Made by a program: the position numbers and the translations under genes
Origin: Epithemia pelagica
Lineage: Eukaryota > Protista > Bacillariophyta
Reading direction: 5' to 3'
Assembly (NCBI GenBank): GCA_946965045.2
Contig: OX337233.1
Coordinates: 2,480,001-2,544,000, forward strand
Length of the DNA: 64,000 nucleotides
Notes under the pieces: model-generated
The model's database searches: none
Told to the model about the DNA's origin: nothing
What the model saw: only the letters and a program-made list of their open reading frames with translations
In this document: one piece after another, positions 53,359 through 64,000 of the stretch
Layout of the letters: the number at the start of each line of letters is the position of its first letter
Numbering within the stretch: position 1 is the stretch's first letter

Positions 53359-55320
53359 ATGGCGGATCAGCCACCTGCGGACGCGCCTATGGCAGAGACC
53401 GAAGAAGCAGGAAATCCTACGAACACTGCAGAAGACGATAATAGTAGTGAAGCAACGGCGAGAACAGTCCATCAACCCATTCCCTACGAGGGTGATGAGA
53501 TTGAATACACAGTCAAGTTTGTTTTCCGACCAGAAGATGATAAATCCGATGAAGTCGCTCTTCATCACTTTGATATTCTTTATACTATAGCTCAAGTGCA
53601 CCCACAAATCAAGATTTTCAATAACAGAGGTGCGAAACTGAATCGCAAGAAACTGGAAGCCATGCGAGCGTACACAGAATATCTTCAAAACTACGACCTC
53701 CACTACCATAAGGGAAACAAGAACAAAGAACGCTCCCCCATTTATGTAGTGATTCACCGCCTACAATCGAAGATATCCCTAAGTGAAATCCGACGCCATA
53801 CATCAGTCGATGCAAAACTCAAGGCCGAAAAGCTCAAGACCAAAATGACTCGCCACATGTGGAACGAGAACGAGACGCGGATCTCGAATCTAGGATTTTT
53901 CGTAGGATATGACCCAAGCAATATCCCACCCGAACAAATGGTTGAGATTGTTACTGACGGGATGGTAAAGAAAACAGGCATCCCCAAGAAGCAGATTCCT
54001 TGGTTCAAGTGTAACTACTCTTATCCCTTCCTATACATTAACAAGCACGACAAGATAACCTCCAAGTCCTTCGACTTACAGTGTAGGCAAGACGATGCCA
54101 AGAAGATAATCGAACTATTACAGCGTACTTACCAGGAAAATCCGGAATTCATTTTCCACCGATTGCGTCACAGGAACAAAGATGAGTACATTAAAACTAT
54201 GAAGCGACAGAACTCCTACCTCAAGAAAAGCAGGATCGTCGTCCTGACTGGCATACACCCTACCATCATGTGGACACTCGCGGATAAAATCTGCCACGAG
54301 TTCGAAGGAGTAAAGCAAATTACGAAACACAAGGATACGATGCGAATTGGTAGATTCAACGTTCATACAACGAAGAAATACTTTGAAGACGTTAAAGGAG
54401 CACTCAAGGTCCGGATTACAGCCATGGTATAATTGGAAAGAAGTATCCACAATCTTAACCCGAGGGAACCGTATGAAGGGCGGTACCCTCAAGTATTCTT
54501 AAAACACGAACTCTACGGCTCTCGAGGAACAGGAGAAGACGACGCAGTCTCCACAGACCACGGCGGCTCGTTTGCGACATACATATCTTCTATGAAGTCA
54601 ACCTACTCCAAGAACGAAGATGATGACAATAGCAGTGATGGAGCAAACGAAGGAGAAAGCTACTTTGAACCACCGAGAAACAATGGACCAACCACTCAAG
54701 CATGGACCTCCGTAGTCCCAGTCCAAACAGTTGTAGCCTCAACGACCGTCGGAACAACAAGCCAGTTCACAAGCGAGGACTTTGAACGTATGAAGAAAGA
54801 AAATGAAGAGCTGACTTCTGAAGTAAAAGAGCTCAAGGATACATTGAACCAATTTATTCAGAGTCAAAAAGATACACAAGCAAACGAACAATCACAGATG
54901 ATTAGTTCCATCATGGGAGCGATGCAACAACAATTTCAGGTGATGCTTCAACAAACCATGCCACACAGTCAAGGTTATGGCTACCCTCAGAGCAATCAAG
55001 GACCATTCACACCGGCGTACCACCAACAGCAATACTCTCAACAACCAATCCCCAACAATTTGTTCCCCATCGCTGCAAGCCCCGTAAGCCAGCAATATCT
55101 TGGACCTCAAGACCACCCATCACCCCAAACGCCCATTGCTCAAGGAAAAGATCCTTACTCCGGCTCGCACGCACCGAGTCACCATGAACAGAACCATGGC
55201 GCTATAGGACAGCAGCCAAATGATGGTTCAGAACAGCAGGCAGCATCTCTTGATGCGAGCATGGCGCAGAACAGCTCATCTATAGTAGCGGATGAGTCCT
55301 TCGCCAAAACCGGCAATTAA
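53359..55320 (+). pseudogene. LINE ORF1, one in-frame TAA at 54430
   Basis: ORFs 53359-54432 and 54433-55320 are the same frame; Gln/Pro-rich C-terminus. Confidence 0.75.
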
Positions 55321-55322
55321 CC

Positions 55323-58300
55323 ATGAGTGAGTCAGCTAGTAGACTGATTAACTCGTACGTAGCAATTCCAGAAACAGCAGCACAAACAACTCTATTTCAA
55401 TCTGTCCAAGCAGAACTTACAAGCCGAATAGGCACCAATACAAACAACATCACAACACATACAACCGACCAGGAATTCAATACAAACGACGCGAACAGCG
55501 TTGCTCATCAAGACATAACAAGCCATTCATCAGGCATACCTACCGTTCCAGGAAATCCAAACAACGACGCATTAGGCGACCAACACGACATCACCACACA
55601 CCGCTTAGGCAACACAAGACAACAACGCAACTCTAACAATGCCGATACTCCAAGTGCCGATGACCATAATGAAGAACAAACAACAATTGAACAAGAAAAT
55701 TACATCAACAACAAGCATGTGGGTCCGAAAATAGACAGCGCAAAAGAAGACCACATTTTCAGAGTATACTTCTGCAACATAAACGGTTTGAAGCTTGGGA
55801 ATGACGGTGGCGACTATGCCGAGTTCTGTTTAGAAATGGAGAAACTCCAAACCGACACATGGGGAATTGCAGAAACCAACCTGGATTCCTGCCAACACTG
55901 TGTACGAGATATTGTTCACAAGACTACGAGGAAGCACTTTGAGTATGGAAAATTGTCGATCGGTAGCTCCATGGTACCGGCTAGAAAGAGTCACTATAAA
56001 CCAGGTGGCACCCTGATGTGCTCCCAAGGTAAAGCCACTTCACGGATCATCGATCAAGGGAACGACCGATATGGACGGTGGTCCTATCAAACACTCATCT
56101 GCAAAAACTACAAGAAACTGGTCATAATCATGGCTTATCAAGTATGTCATCAAAACTTGACGACCACTGATGAGGATGGAAATCTCAAAGTTAAGTCGTA
56201 CACATGCTCCGCACAACAGACGAGTATGCTTCGACAACGTGGACGAAGAGAGACACCGCGAGAAGCTTTTGTGATGGACCTACGGGCTTTTATTTTGGAA
56301 CAACAAGAACAAAAAGCATCAATCTTATTACTTGGCGACTTTAATGAGGTCCTTGGTAATACAGGTGAACAAGTATCCAGCATCGCGACGGATTGCGGAC
56401 TCGTAGATCTGATGGAACAAGCCACCGATACAACCGACACAGCGACATACGTGAGAGGCAAGGATCGAATTGATTATGCTTTGGCTTCTGAATCAGTCTC
56501 CGAAGCATTGAAACAAGGGTGCTACGAACCATTCAAGTACCGTACTCGTGGTGATCATCACTCCATTATTTGGACTTTGACGAACACCTCCTTTTCGGTA
56601 ATGCGACGCATTCTCTCGCAACTCTAGCGGCTCGCAAATTTTCCACCAAAGATAACAAAGCCGTGCAACAATACATACGGGCAAAACACAAGTATCTGGA
56701 AGATCACAACTACGCCTCTCGGCTTGAATCAGCCCAAACACATTGGACACCACGCATTCAGGAACGGCTAGACGCTGATTTCCAGAGAGCTGGAATATAT
56801 GCCGCAAAATGCTGCACGAAGAAACCGCGCAAAGTCCCATAATCAGCTGAACTCTCAAAATTGAGAAGGCACAAGAACATCCTGCTCAAAACCATCTCAT
56901 CAATCCGACTGAACCGTTCATTTGACGCTGGTATCGCTCGTCATCAAGTTGAAAATGAGGATGTTGATGTCCCTCCAACTTTACGTGAGTGTCAAGATCT
57001 TTGCAACAATATACAACGACAGATAAAGGAGCTTACCAAAACTGCAGTTGAGAAAAGACAAACTGAACAACAATCGGCTTTGCGAGAGGCAACATTAGCT
57101 GGGAACAAAATCAAAGCACGGCGCTTTAAGAATTTGATGGCAGCTGAGCGAACCAAAGCTTTGTATGCGAAAATAAGACAGTGCAGAGGGACTACCAAGT
57201 CTGGCATTACTCGGTTAGACGTTCCCCGCGACCCAGATGACACCGATTACAACCATTGCACGGATTGGGTGAGCATTGAGACTCCCAAAGAGATCGAAGA
57301 ACGTCTTTTACAACGAAATCAGAAACATTTTGGACAGGCAACGGGCACGTTTCCTACTATCCCTCCATTCTCCGAGAAAATCGACTGGGGTGCGTCAACA
57401 CACACGGCTGATCTTATCCTAGAAGGACAATGGACACATGAGGATATGGATGAGGTGTCGCAAGACGTCATTAATCATTTGAAATCACGTACCAAACTTG
57501 ATTCAATCCAAGATACCTTAACAATCAACGAATGGGTGGGGAAAATTTGGTCGTGGCCGGAGTCCACATTGACCTCTCCATCAGGGTTTCATCTTTCTCA
57601 CAGCAAGGCACTGGTTGTACCTTTTGATCTTGAAGAGGACGATGTCAAACGAGAGCTCTTAGAAGCACAACGACATGATCTTATCGAATGGCAAGTGAAG
57701 ATGCTCAACTTGGCCATCACCAACAAATATTCAATGAACCGATGGCAGCATATTGTCAATGTGATGATCTTAAAGGAACCAAATAACCTTAAGATCCACA
57801 GATTGCGCGTGATTCACCTCTACGAACAGGATTACAACTTGATCCTGGCGGTCAAGTGGAGACAGCTGATCAAGAATTCTACAATTGACTGCTTACTCCA
57901 CGCTCAGCAGTATGGAGCAGTTCCAGGCAGAGATGCTATCCTTCCTACGATGCTAGAGGAGTTCCAGTACGAGATCTGTCGCGCTAGCAAGCGGCCTCTA
58001 GTACATCTAGACTACGACGCAACAGCATGCTACGACCGAATTGTCATGTCATTCGGAAGTCTAGCTTCAAGATCATTCGGGCAACACAAGTCTATTGTCT
58101 TCATTAATGCCAAAACACTGGAGGAGGCAAAATATTACCTCAAGACGCAACTTGGAGTATCAGAAAAGTCATACCGGCATTGTCAATTGTTTCCAATCTA
58201 CGGTTCTGGTCAAGGAGCTGGTAACTCACCTGCAATATGGTGTGTTATCAGCTCTATCCTCTTCGATGCTAATGAGAGCAAGGCACATGGAGCTACCTTT

Positions 58301-61300
58301 CAATCACCAGATGGCACAATTCATGCACGAGTGTACATGATCGGCTTTGTCGATGATACGAGCGGCAGTGTGAATGCGTTCGATCTCCCAACACCACAAC
58401 CACCCGAGTTTTATATTCAGCGTGCGAGCGACGATGCCCAAAGATAGAACAACATTCTTCGGGTCTCTGGCGGAGCTCTCCAGGACCAGAAATGTACGTA
58501 TCATTTCCTATACTTTACATTCACTGTCGATGGCTTAGCAGCACTTCAAAATGGCGAATTTGGCCCGCGTATCACCATTCAATTTAGTCCACACACTGAT
58601 GCTCGACCACTGACTCAACTTTCTGCATACAAGAGCCACAAAACACTTGGAGTGCAAAAATCTCCTGCATCCACGGATTGGAGTCTGTTCATGGCACTAC
58701 TGAAACGCAACACCGAACACACAACAACCATGGCCAGAAGCCCCTTCAACCGAACGGATGCGTGGTCCTATTACCACGCGGTTTATCTTCCCAGCATTAC
58801 CTACCCAATGCCATCCTCTTGTTTGTCCACTAAGCACTGCAATACCCTCCAACGTCAATTTAAGAAAGTGCTTCTCCCCAAGTGTGGGTACAACCGTACC
58901 ACTCCGAACTCAGTAGTCTACGGCTCCCAAGACTATGGTGGTATTGGACTGAGACAACTTTATATCGAACGTGGAATCGCTCAAGTTTACACACTCATGG
59001 CATGTTTGAGATCTGACGGTTTGCTCTCCGACTTAGCGTTGATTATGATTTCATGGGGCCAATGCCTCGCTGGCACTAGCTTTCCCTTGCTTTCTGACGT
59101 GAAGACTCCTCTACCACACCTTCATCCAATGACATGGCTGCCATCGGTCCGAGACTTCTTAGCGGAAATTGACTGCACATTGGAATTGTCCAACTCCTTC
59201 ATTACAGATCTACAACGGGAGAATGATACTTTCATCATGGACCACGCCCTTCGCTTCACGTCCAAAGGCAAAGATCTACAAATTTTGAATGCATGCCGAC
59301 TGTACCTAGGCGTCCTTCTGATCAGCGATATCGCTACCTGCGAAGGCACTCATCTCGCACTCTTTGCCTATCAAGGAAACCTTCCCAGCGACTCTTCTGT
59401 TCGCGGTCTCACTCCGTATCAAGACCGACCCCATGATGCAGCATGGGAACTATGGCGAAACATATTGACTACGACAATACTTTCGGATACTGATCCAAAT
59501 CCGCTTGCGCTCCGAACAACACTGGGACGCTGGCTCGTTACTGGTAGCAAAACCCATCGCAAGTGGTCAGCTTACCACTGTGTTCGAAGCAAATGACTGT
59601 TTGTACGTACCACAACGTCATATCAGATCTACCGACCAACAGCTGGACACTTTGCTGCTACCAACAATCACACCATTCTTGTCCCGGTATTGTCTGTTCC
59701 AGTATCTGTCCAAATACTTATGAACGGTCACACAGCCATTTGCCCATGTCAACCCTCCGTTCCTACCATACCAGTTCCATTTCCTACCAACTTCACCACT
59801 TTTATTCGACAACTATCCAATTGGGAGGCACATCTCCTTCGTCATTTCAAGCTGCAATGTTCTCTTCCCATTCTGTCAACGACACTCTCCAACAATACAC
59901 CTCTCTTTCTGTGTAGTGATGGGTCAGCCCCTCTCTTTCGTGGATCGTTTGGTGGCACTTGCGCTACTGATGACGGCACCATTCTCTTTACTCTCTCAGG
60001 GCCAGCACCAGGTTTTCGGACATCTTCCTTCCGAGCAGAAAGCTACGGCCTTCTCGCTGTATTACGCTTCATTGTACAAGTCTGTAATTTCCATAGTCTT
60101 GCATTACCGTCCACGCTTCGAATGTATACTGACTCTAAAAGTCTCGTTGATACGTGCTATCAAAGACTCGAATGGACGATTGACTACCCCTACTCGACTA
60201 TGTCAGCAGACTGGGATATCCAACAATGCATTACTGCTACTCTCCGCCAATTCGCAACACCGCCGATTATTCTTCATATCAAAGGCCACCAAGACTTGAC
60301 TCAACCACTTGATTCATTATCCCTCCCTGCTCGATTGAATGTGCATGCTGATGAATTGGCCGGTCAATATCAATATCCTCCTGAAACCTCATCGACTCTA
60401 TGCCCTTTGATCCTCGGTACTACGATCCACCTTCAGAGTCCAGATGGTACGATTACAAGCAATTATCGCAATAATCTCAGACGTCGTGCCAATACCCCCG
60501 TCATTTGCCAGTTCATCCGTTCCAAACTCAATTGGTCACAAGAAACCTTCGATTCTGTGTGCTGGGAGACGCATGGCGCTGTCCTTCGTGCCAACTTTTC
60601 GTTTCGACATTTCTTGACTAAATTTATCCACAACTGGCTCCCACTTGGATGTCTCAAACAGCACTACGCTCAACATTACGTCTCGGATTGCCCAAATTGT
60701 CCTACCACACTCGAAGACCGTCACCATTTTCTCCGTTGCTCCCACCGTGTGAACTGGACTGGTCCTCTGTTCGATTCACTCTATTCATTCTGGACGGAAC
60801 ATCATTTTGATCCAAATTTACAAACTATATTTCAAGAAGCTACTCTCAGTTGGCTCGGCGACACTTCCCCTACGTTTCCGTCTTTTTCGGATTCCTACTC
60901 CAACCTTCTCTCTCGTCAAGCGAACGTTGGATGGTTTCAATTGTTCCTAGGCCGTTTCACATGGGACTGGGTTTATCTTCAAGATTCCTTCGTCCGTCAT
61001 CACTCTCTTCATCCTACCAAGTTTTCTGGCCGTCGACTAGTTTCCGGTTCTATCAAGATCCTCTGGCAACACGTGCATGATCTCTGGCTCCGTCGAAATC
61101 TGGACTGCCATGGACGCGATTCTGCTTCCCGCGAATCTGCTGCACTAGCTCAAGCCCAACGAGAAGTTGCCCACCTTTACACCCTTCGTTCCTTCATTCC
61201 ACTCTCAGACCGTTTCATGTTTTATCCTTCCCTCACCGATCACTTCCGCCAAGAACCCCGATCCTATCAACTTTGCACTTGGCTTAACACCTGGAGACCG

Positions 61301-61330
61301 TTGATCCTGTCGTCCGCACCTTCGGGTTGA
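55323..61330 (+). pseudogene. LINE ORF2: AP endonuclease, RT, RNase H, C-terminal CCHC
   Basis: APE: NINGL, IAETN, LGDFNE, RIDY, GDH. RT: KEPNNLKIHRLRVIHLYE, DATACYDRI, GQGAGNSP, FVDDT. RH: SDGS, SFRAESYG, TDSKS, HIKGHQD, NVHADELA. CPNC...DRHHFLRC. One frameshift (~56566) and stops at 56840, 58445 and 59594. Confidence 0.92.
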
Positions 61331-61380
61331 TTGTTGTCAGTTCCTTCCTTTCCGATTTTTAGTCCTCGCGTTAGTATTAA

Positions 61381-61556
61381 TACTTCCCGGTGTCGAGTCC
61401 TTTAAAGGAGGGATCGCCCGGCGCGGAGGGTAGAATGACGAGGAGGGCAATGGTCGAGGAGGGCGCACGCCCGACAAGACAATTGCCCGTCGAGTCATTC
61501 TCTTCCGACAAGCCGGGCGCGCCCGACGCGAGAGGACGGCCAGACACAGGGAAGTA
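61381..61556 (+). other. Highly structured 3' UTR RNA element of the LINE
   Basis: Nested stems 61381-94/61543-56 (13/14), 61415-22/61512-19, 61432-39/61494-501, 61445-51/61482-88 and 61461-65/61468-72. Confidence 0.75.
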
Positions 61557-61609
61557 GTAAACTTATTCCCTATCAAGCTGTGTAGGTAGTGAGAAATTCC
61601 TGGAAGCCA

Positions 61610-61652
61610 TGTCACAAAGTGTCACACAAGTGTCACACAAGTGTCACACACG
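61610..61652. repeat. Short tandem repeat TGTCACA(C)AAG x4
   Basis: tgtcacaaag-tgtcacacaag-tgtcacacaag-tgtcacacacg. Confidence 0.9.
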
Positions 61653-61986
61653 AGAGGGAAACCGCGCGACTCGCACGAAACTACTTCCCGGTCGTACAAA
61701 AAATTCCTACTGTAGTATAAAAATGTGCGACGAACTACCTAAACAGTCTGGTATGGAGTTAGGTAGCTACCTAATGCCCGGCGCGTCGGTCGGCGTCACT
61801 CTGTGGGGTGCGTGCGGCAGCGTTATAATAGATCTCCCTTTTTTTAGTAGCTTTGTTCTTTTGATGCCCTCTTTTGCCCGGTTAGAGGTTTCATAATGTC
61901 AAACTAGGATCATTGGAGAATACTCCTATGATTTTCTTTCGATTCAAACCGAGAGATGTAATACAAGATTACTTATACTTTTAAGG

Positions 61987-63439
61987 TCAGAGCGCAGATC
62001 GCATGTATTTGGCTGGTGGCCCACTTCCACTCGGATGTCTCGTAATGAGAGTCGAGCTGATGTCTGAAATGCACTCACATCCCGAGAGTGCCATGGCTGC
62101 CTCCAATTCTCGTTGAAATAGGCACAACATATGACGGACCGCCTCCTGTCCTCCTGTTGCCAGGGCAAAAAACACGGGTTTCCCGATTCCTACGGCCGAT
62201 GCTCCCAAAGCCAAGGCTTTCAAAATGTCGGTACCCCTTCGAACACCACCATCCAAAAAGAAAGGGACACCACGGCCCCGAACGGCATTAACAACTTCTG
62301 GTAAGGCATCGATGGCTAACATACAGCCGTCTAGCTGTCGACCACCATGATTCGAGACCATGACGGCATCAGCTCCGGCATCCACTGCTAAAATGGCATC
62401 TTCGGCGGTCATAATGCCCTTGATAACAAGCGGAAGGTCCCTACAAGCCGTTTGTTGTTTCATCCACCGAACGTCGTCCCAGCACAGATTTTGCTCAAAG
62501 AGCAGTTCTGAATTTTGATCCCATGATTTGTGTTTCCTGGCATTGTACGTTTTGTCCATTTCGTGTGACTCTCCTTCGTCTTTGTACTTATCATAGTTGA
62601 CAAGACGATGAGGTGGAGGCAGGGCATCAAACCCATTTCTCGCGTCGGCTTCTCGGTAGCCAAATCTCACAGAGTCCACAGTCAAGAAAATCGCTCGACA
62701 ACCAGCGCGTTTGGCCCGTTCGATCAATCGAACTGTTGTATCACGCTGTTTGAGTATGTAGGCTTGGTACCAAAGCATAGTATTGGGCGATGTCGAGACT
62801 GATGCAATCTGTTCAATCGATCTCGTAGAGTGTTGACTTATGCAAAATGGGACACCAGCCTCTCCTGCAGCCGCTGACGCGCCAGAACGAACAGTGAGCA
62901 AACAGGAAGAATGTGGAGAAGGGTGCTTTGCATGTGGAGGTCCCACTGAGACTACCACAGCGACTGGGTTGTTGCTACTCACATGCCGATGCACATTCCC
63001 CTCGCCCCGATGGATCACAGAGCGCATGAAGGCCTGCCGGGCTGATGAATAGCGGCATGCTCATTTCCATTACGGTGGTGGACCGACCTCGTCCAAAGGC
63101 GATTCTGGTAGCCGTGGAAAGTTTTCCAACCGGTCGCATCATACGTGGACGAAGATACCATCCCTCCCAGGCCGAACGATTCTCGGCCAACGTTTGTTCC
63201 TCATCGGTACCGGATGCCACATACTCGTAGACAGCCGTGGACAAGGTCAGTTTGGCACATTTCTGATAATCGTTCACCGAACATATTGAGTTGGAGGTTG
63301 ATGGAGTGATACTCTTGGTTGCGGTTGAACTATCCAAAAGATTTGCTTTCGGGACAACCGCCGACATTAGTTCAACTCTACTAACAAGACCTTCGATGGA
63401 TGTGTCCGTCTTTTCGCTGGTCTCGCTCTTTCTCGACAT
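61987..63439 (-). CDS. FMN-dependent alpha-hydroxy acid oxidase (glycolate oxidase/HAO family); join(63439..62983,62873..61987)
   Basis: YVASGTDEEQTL, LRPRMM, PLFISPAG, FLTVDS, LVIKGIMTAEDA, VSNHGGRQLD, LDGGVRRGTDILKALALGA. Intron GTGAGT...GTCAG restores ECASASAAGEAG. Confidence 0.93.
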
Positions 63440-63693
63440 ACGTTCGTCCTTCTCTTAGTTCAACTACTCGTATCTCGTATGTGCATTATGCCTTTTGATA
63501 GGCCTCATAACTCATAACTACCTACTCCTTCTACCGTGCATCATGCAACGGTCGCAGGACAGGCCTTCCTGCGAACACACGCATACGCGGCGAACGCGAA
63601 AAATGCGCTCCACACTCCACACACTTTTCTCTCCCTTCATTTTTTTCGTTGTCCATCGTTTTTGGTTATCGACCGACCCTTACGTATTCCTTT

Positions 63694-64000
63694 TTAACTG
63701 AACGTGTTGCTGCTGAAAGCAACGCAGCAAACGACGAACACAAGGCATACAACGATCCATTCCATCTCTCCGAAGTCAGACTTGTTTTCTTGGAGAAACT
63801 GGCCTTCGCTTCTCACACACAAGCACAGAAGGAGAAGCCCCGAGCCTTGATTCTCGTTCGTCACGCCAAGCTTCAGACGTGACTTTGCCTCCATACCCAT
63901 CCGTTTTTTTCTCCATCTTGCAATATTTCCTTCTATGATATAAGGACGCGCCGACACCTCATCTTTTCCAATTTCCTCACAACTGCTTCCCTTGACGGAG
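63694..64000 (-). CDS. Possible 3' end of a gene running off the window (C-terminal hydrophobic segment)
   Basis: Frame open from the window edge to a stop at 63694; ends WIVVCLVFVVCCVAFS. Confidence 0.35.
   Translation of the reverse strand, partial: SVKGSSCEEIGKDEVSARPYIIEGNIARWRKKRMGMEAKSRLKLGVTNENQGSGLLLLCLCVRSEGQFLQENKSDFGEMEWIVVCLVFVVCCVAFSSNTFS

Larger units (their letters stand above)
53069..61609 (+). mobile_element. Non-LTR retrotransposon with ORF1 and APE-RT-RNase H ORF2 (Ambal-like), decayed; ends approximate
   Basis: Two ORFs separated by TAA-CC-ATG. Homology of the flank to copy B stops at 53068. No TSD or poly(A) recognised. Confidence 0.88.

Noticed and set aside
1-64000. 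tRNA, rRNA or snRNA genes
   Set aside because: No cloverleaf with proper A/B boxes or rRNA-like segment was recognised; GGTTCGA hits lie within coding or repeat sequence.

Overview
Eukaryotic, intron-containing DNA, most likely from a diatom (inferred from CoDi-like Copia, Ambal-like LINE and diatom-type YR elements). There are two transposon-rich blocks flanking a gene-dense core. Block 1 (1-14.6 kb) holds a 4.6-kb piggyBac element (TTAA TSD, 12-bp TIRs). Its transposase is dead, but it carries an intact, spliced, convergent accessory gene resembling the KolX / P2X7-ballast domain. Next to it is an 8.6-kb DIRS-type tyrosine-recombinase retrotransposon whose Pol begins with a degenerate C5-cytosine-methyltransferase-like domain. 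The core (15-43 kb) contains JMJD7, SF3A2, an ankyrin-BTB protein, a GPI-type subtilase, a METTL21-like methyltransferase, PMS2, CNOT9, BCAS2, an RPL7-like gene, a RING protein and several hypotheticals, plus two MITEs. Block 2 (43-62 kb) has a tandem pair of coiled-coil + trypsin-like protease genes. One is split by a young full-length Copia (half-tRNA primer site, in-frame gag-UGA-pol); the other was rearranged into a ~95-bp-arm fold-back palindrome. An Ambal-like LINE with a rod-like 3' UTR RNA follows, then a glycolate-oxidase-family gene. All family calls come from motif recognition by eye; no searches were run.
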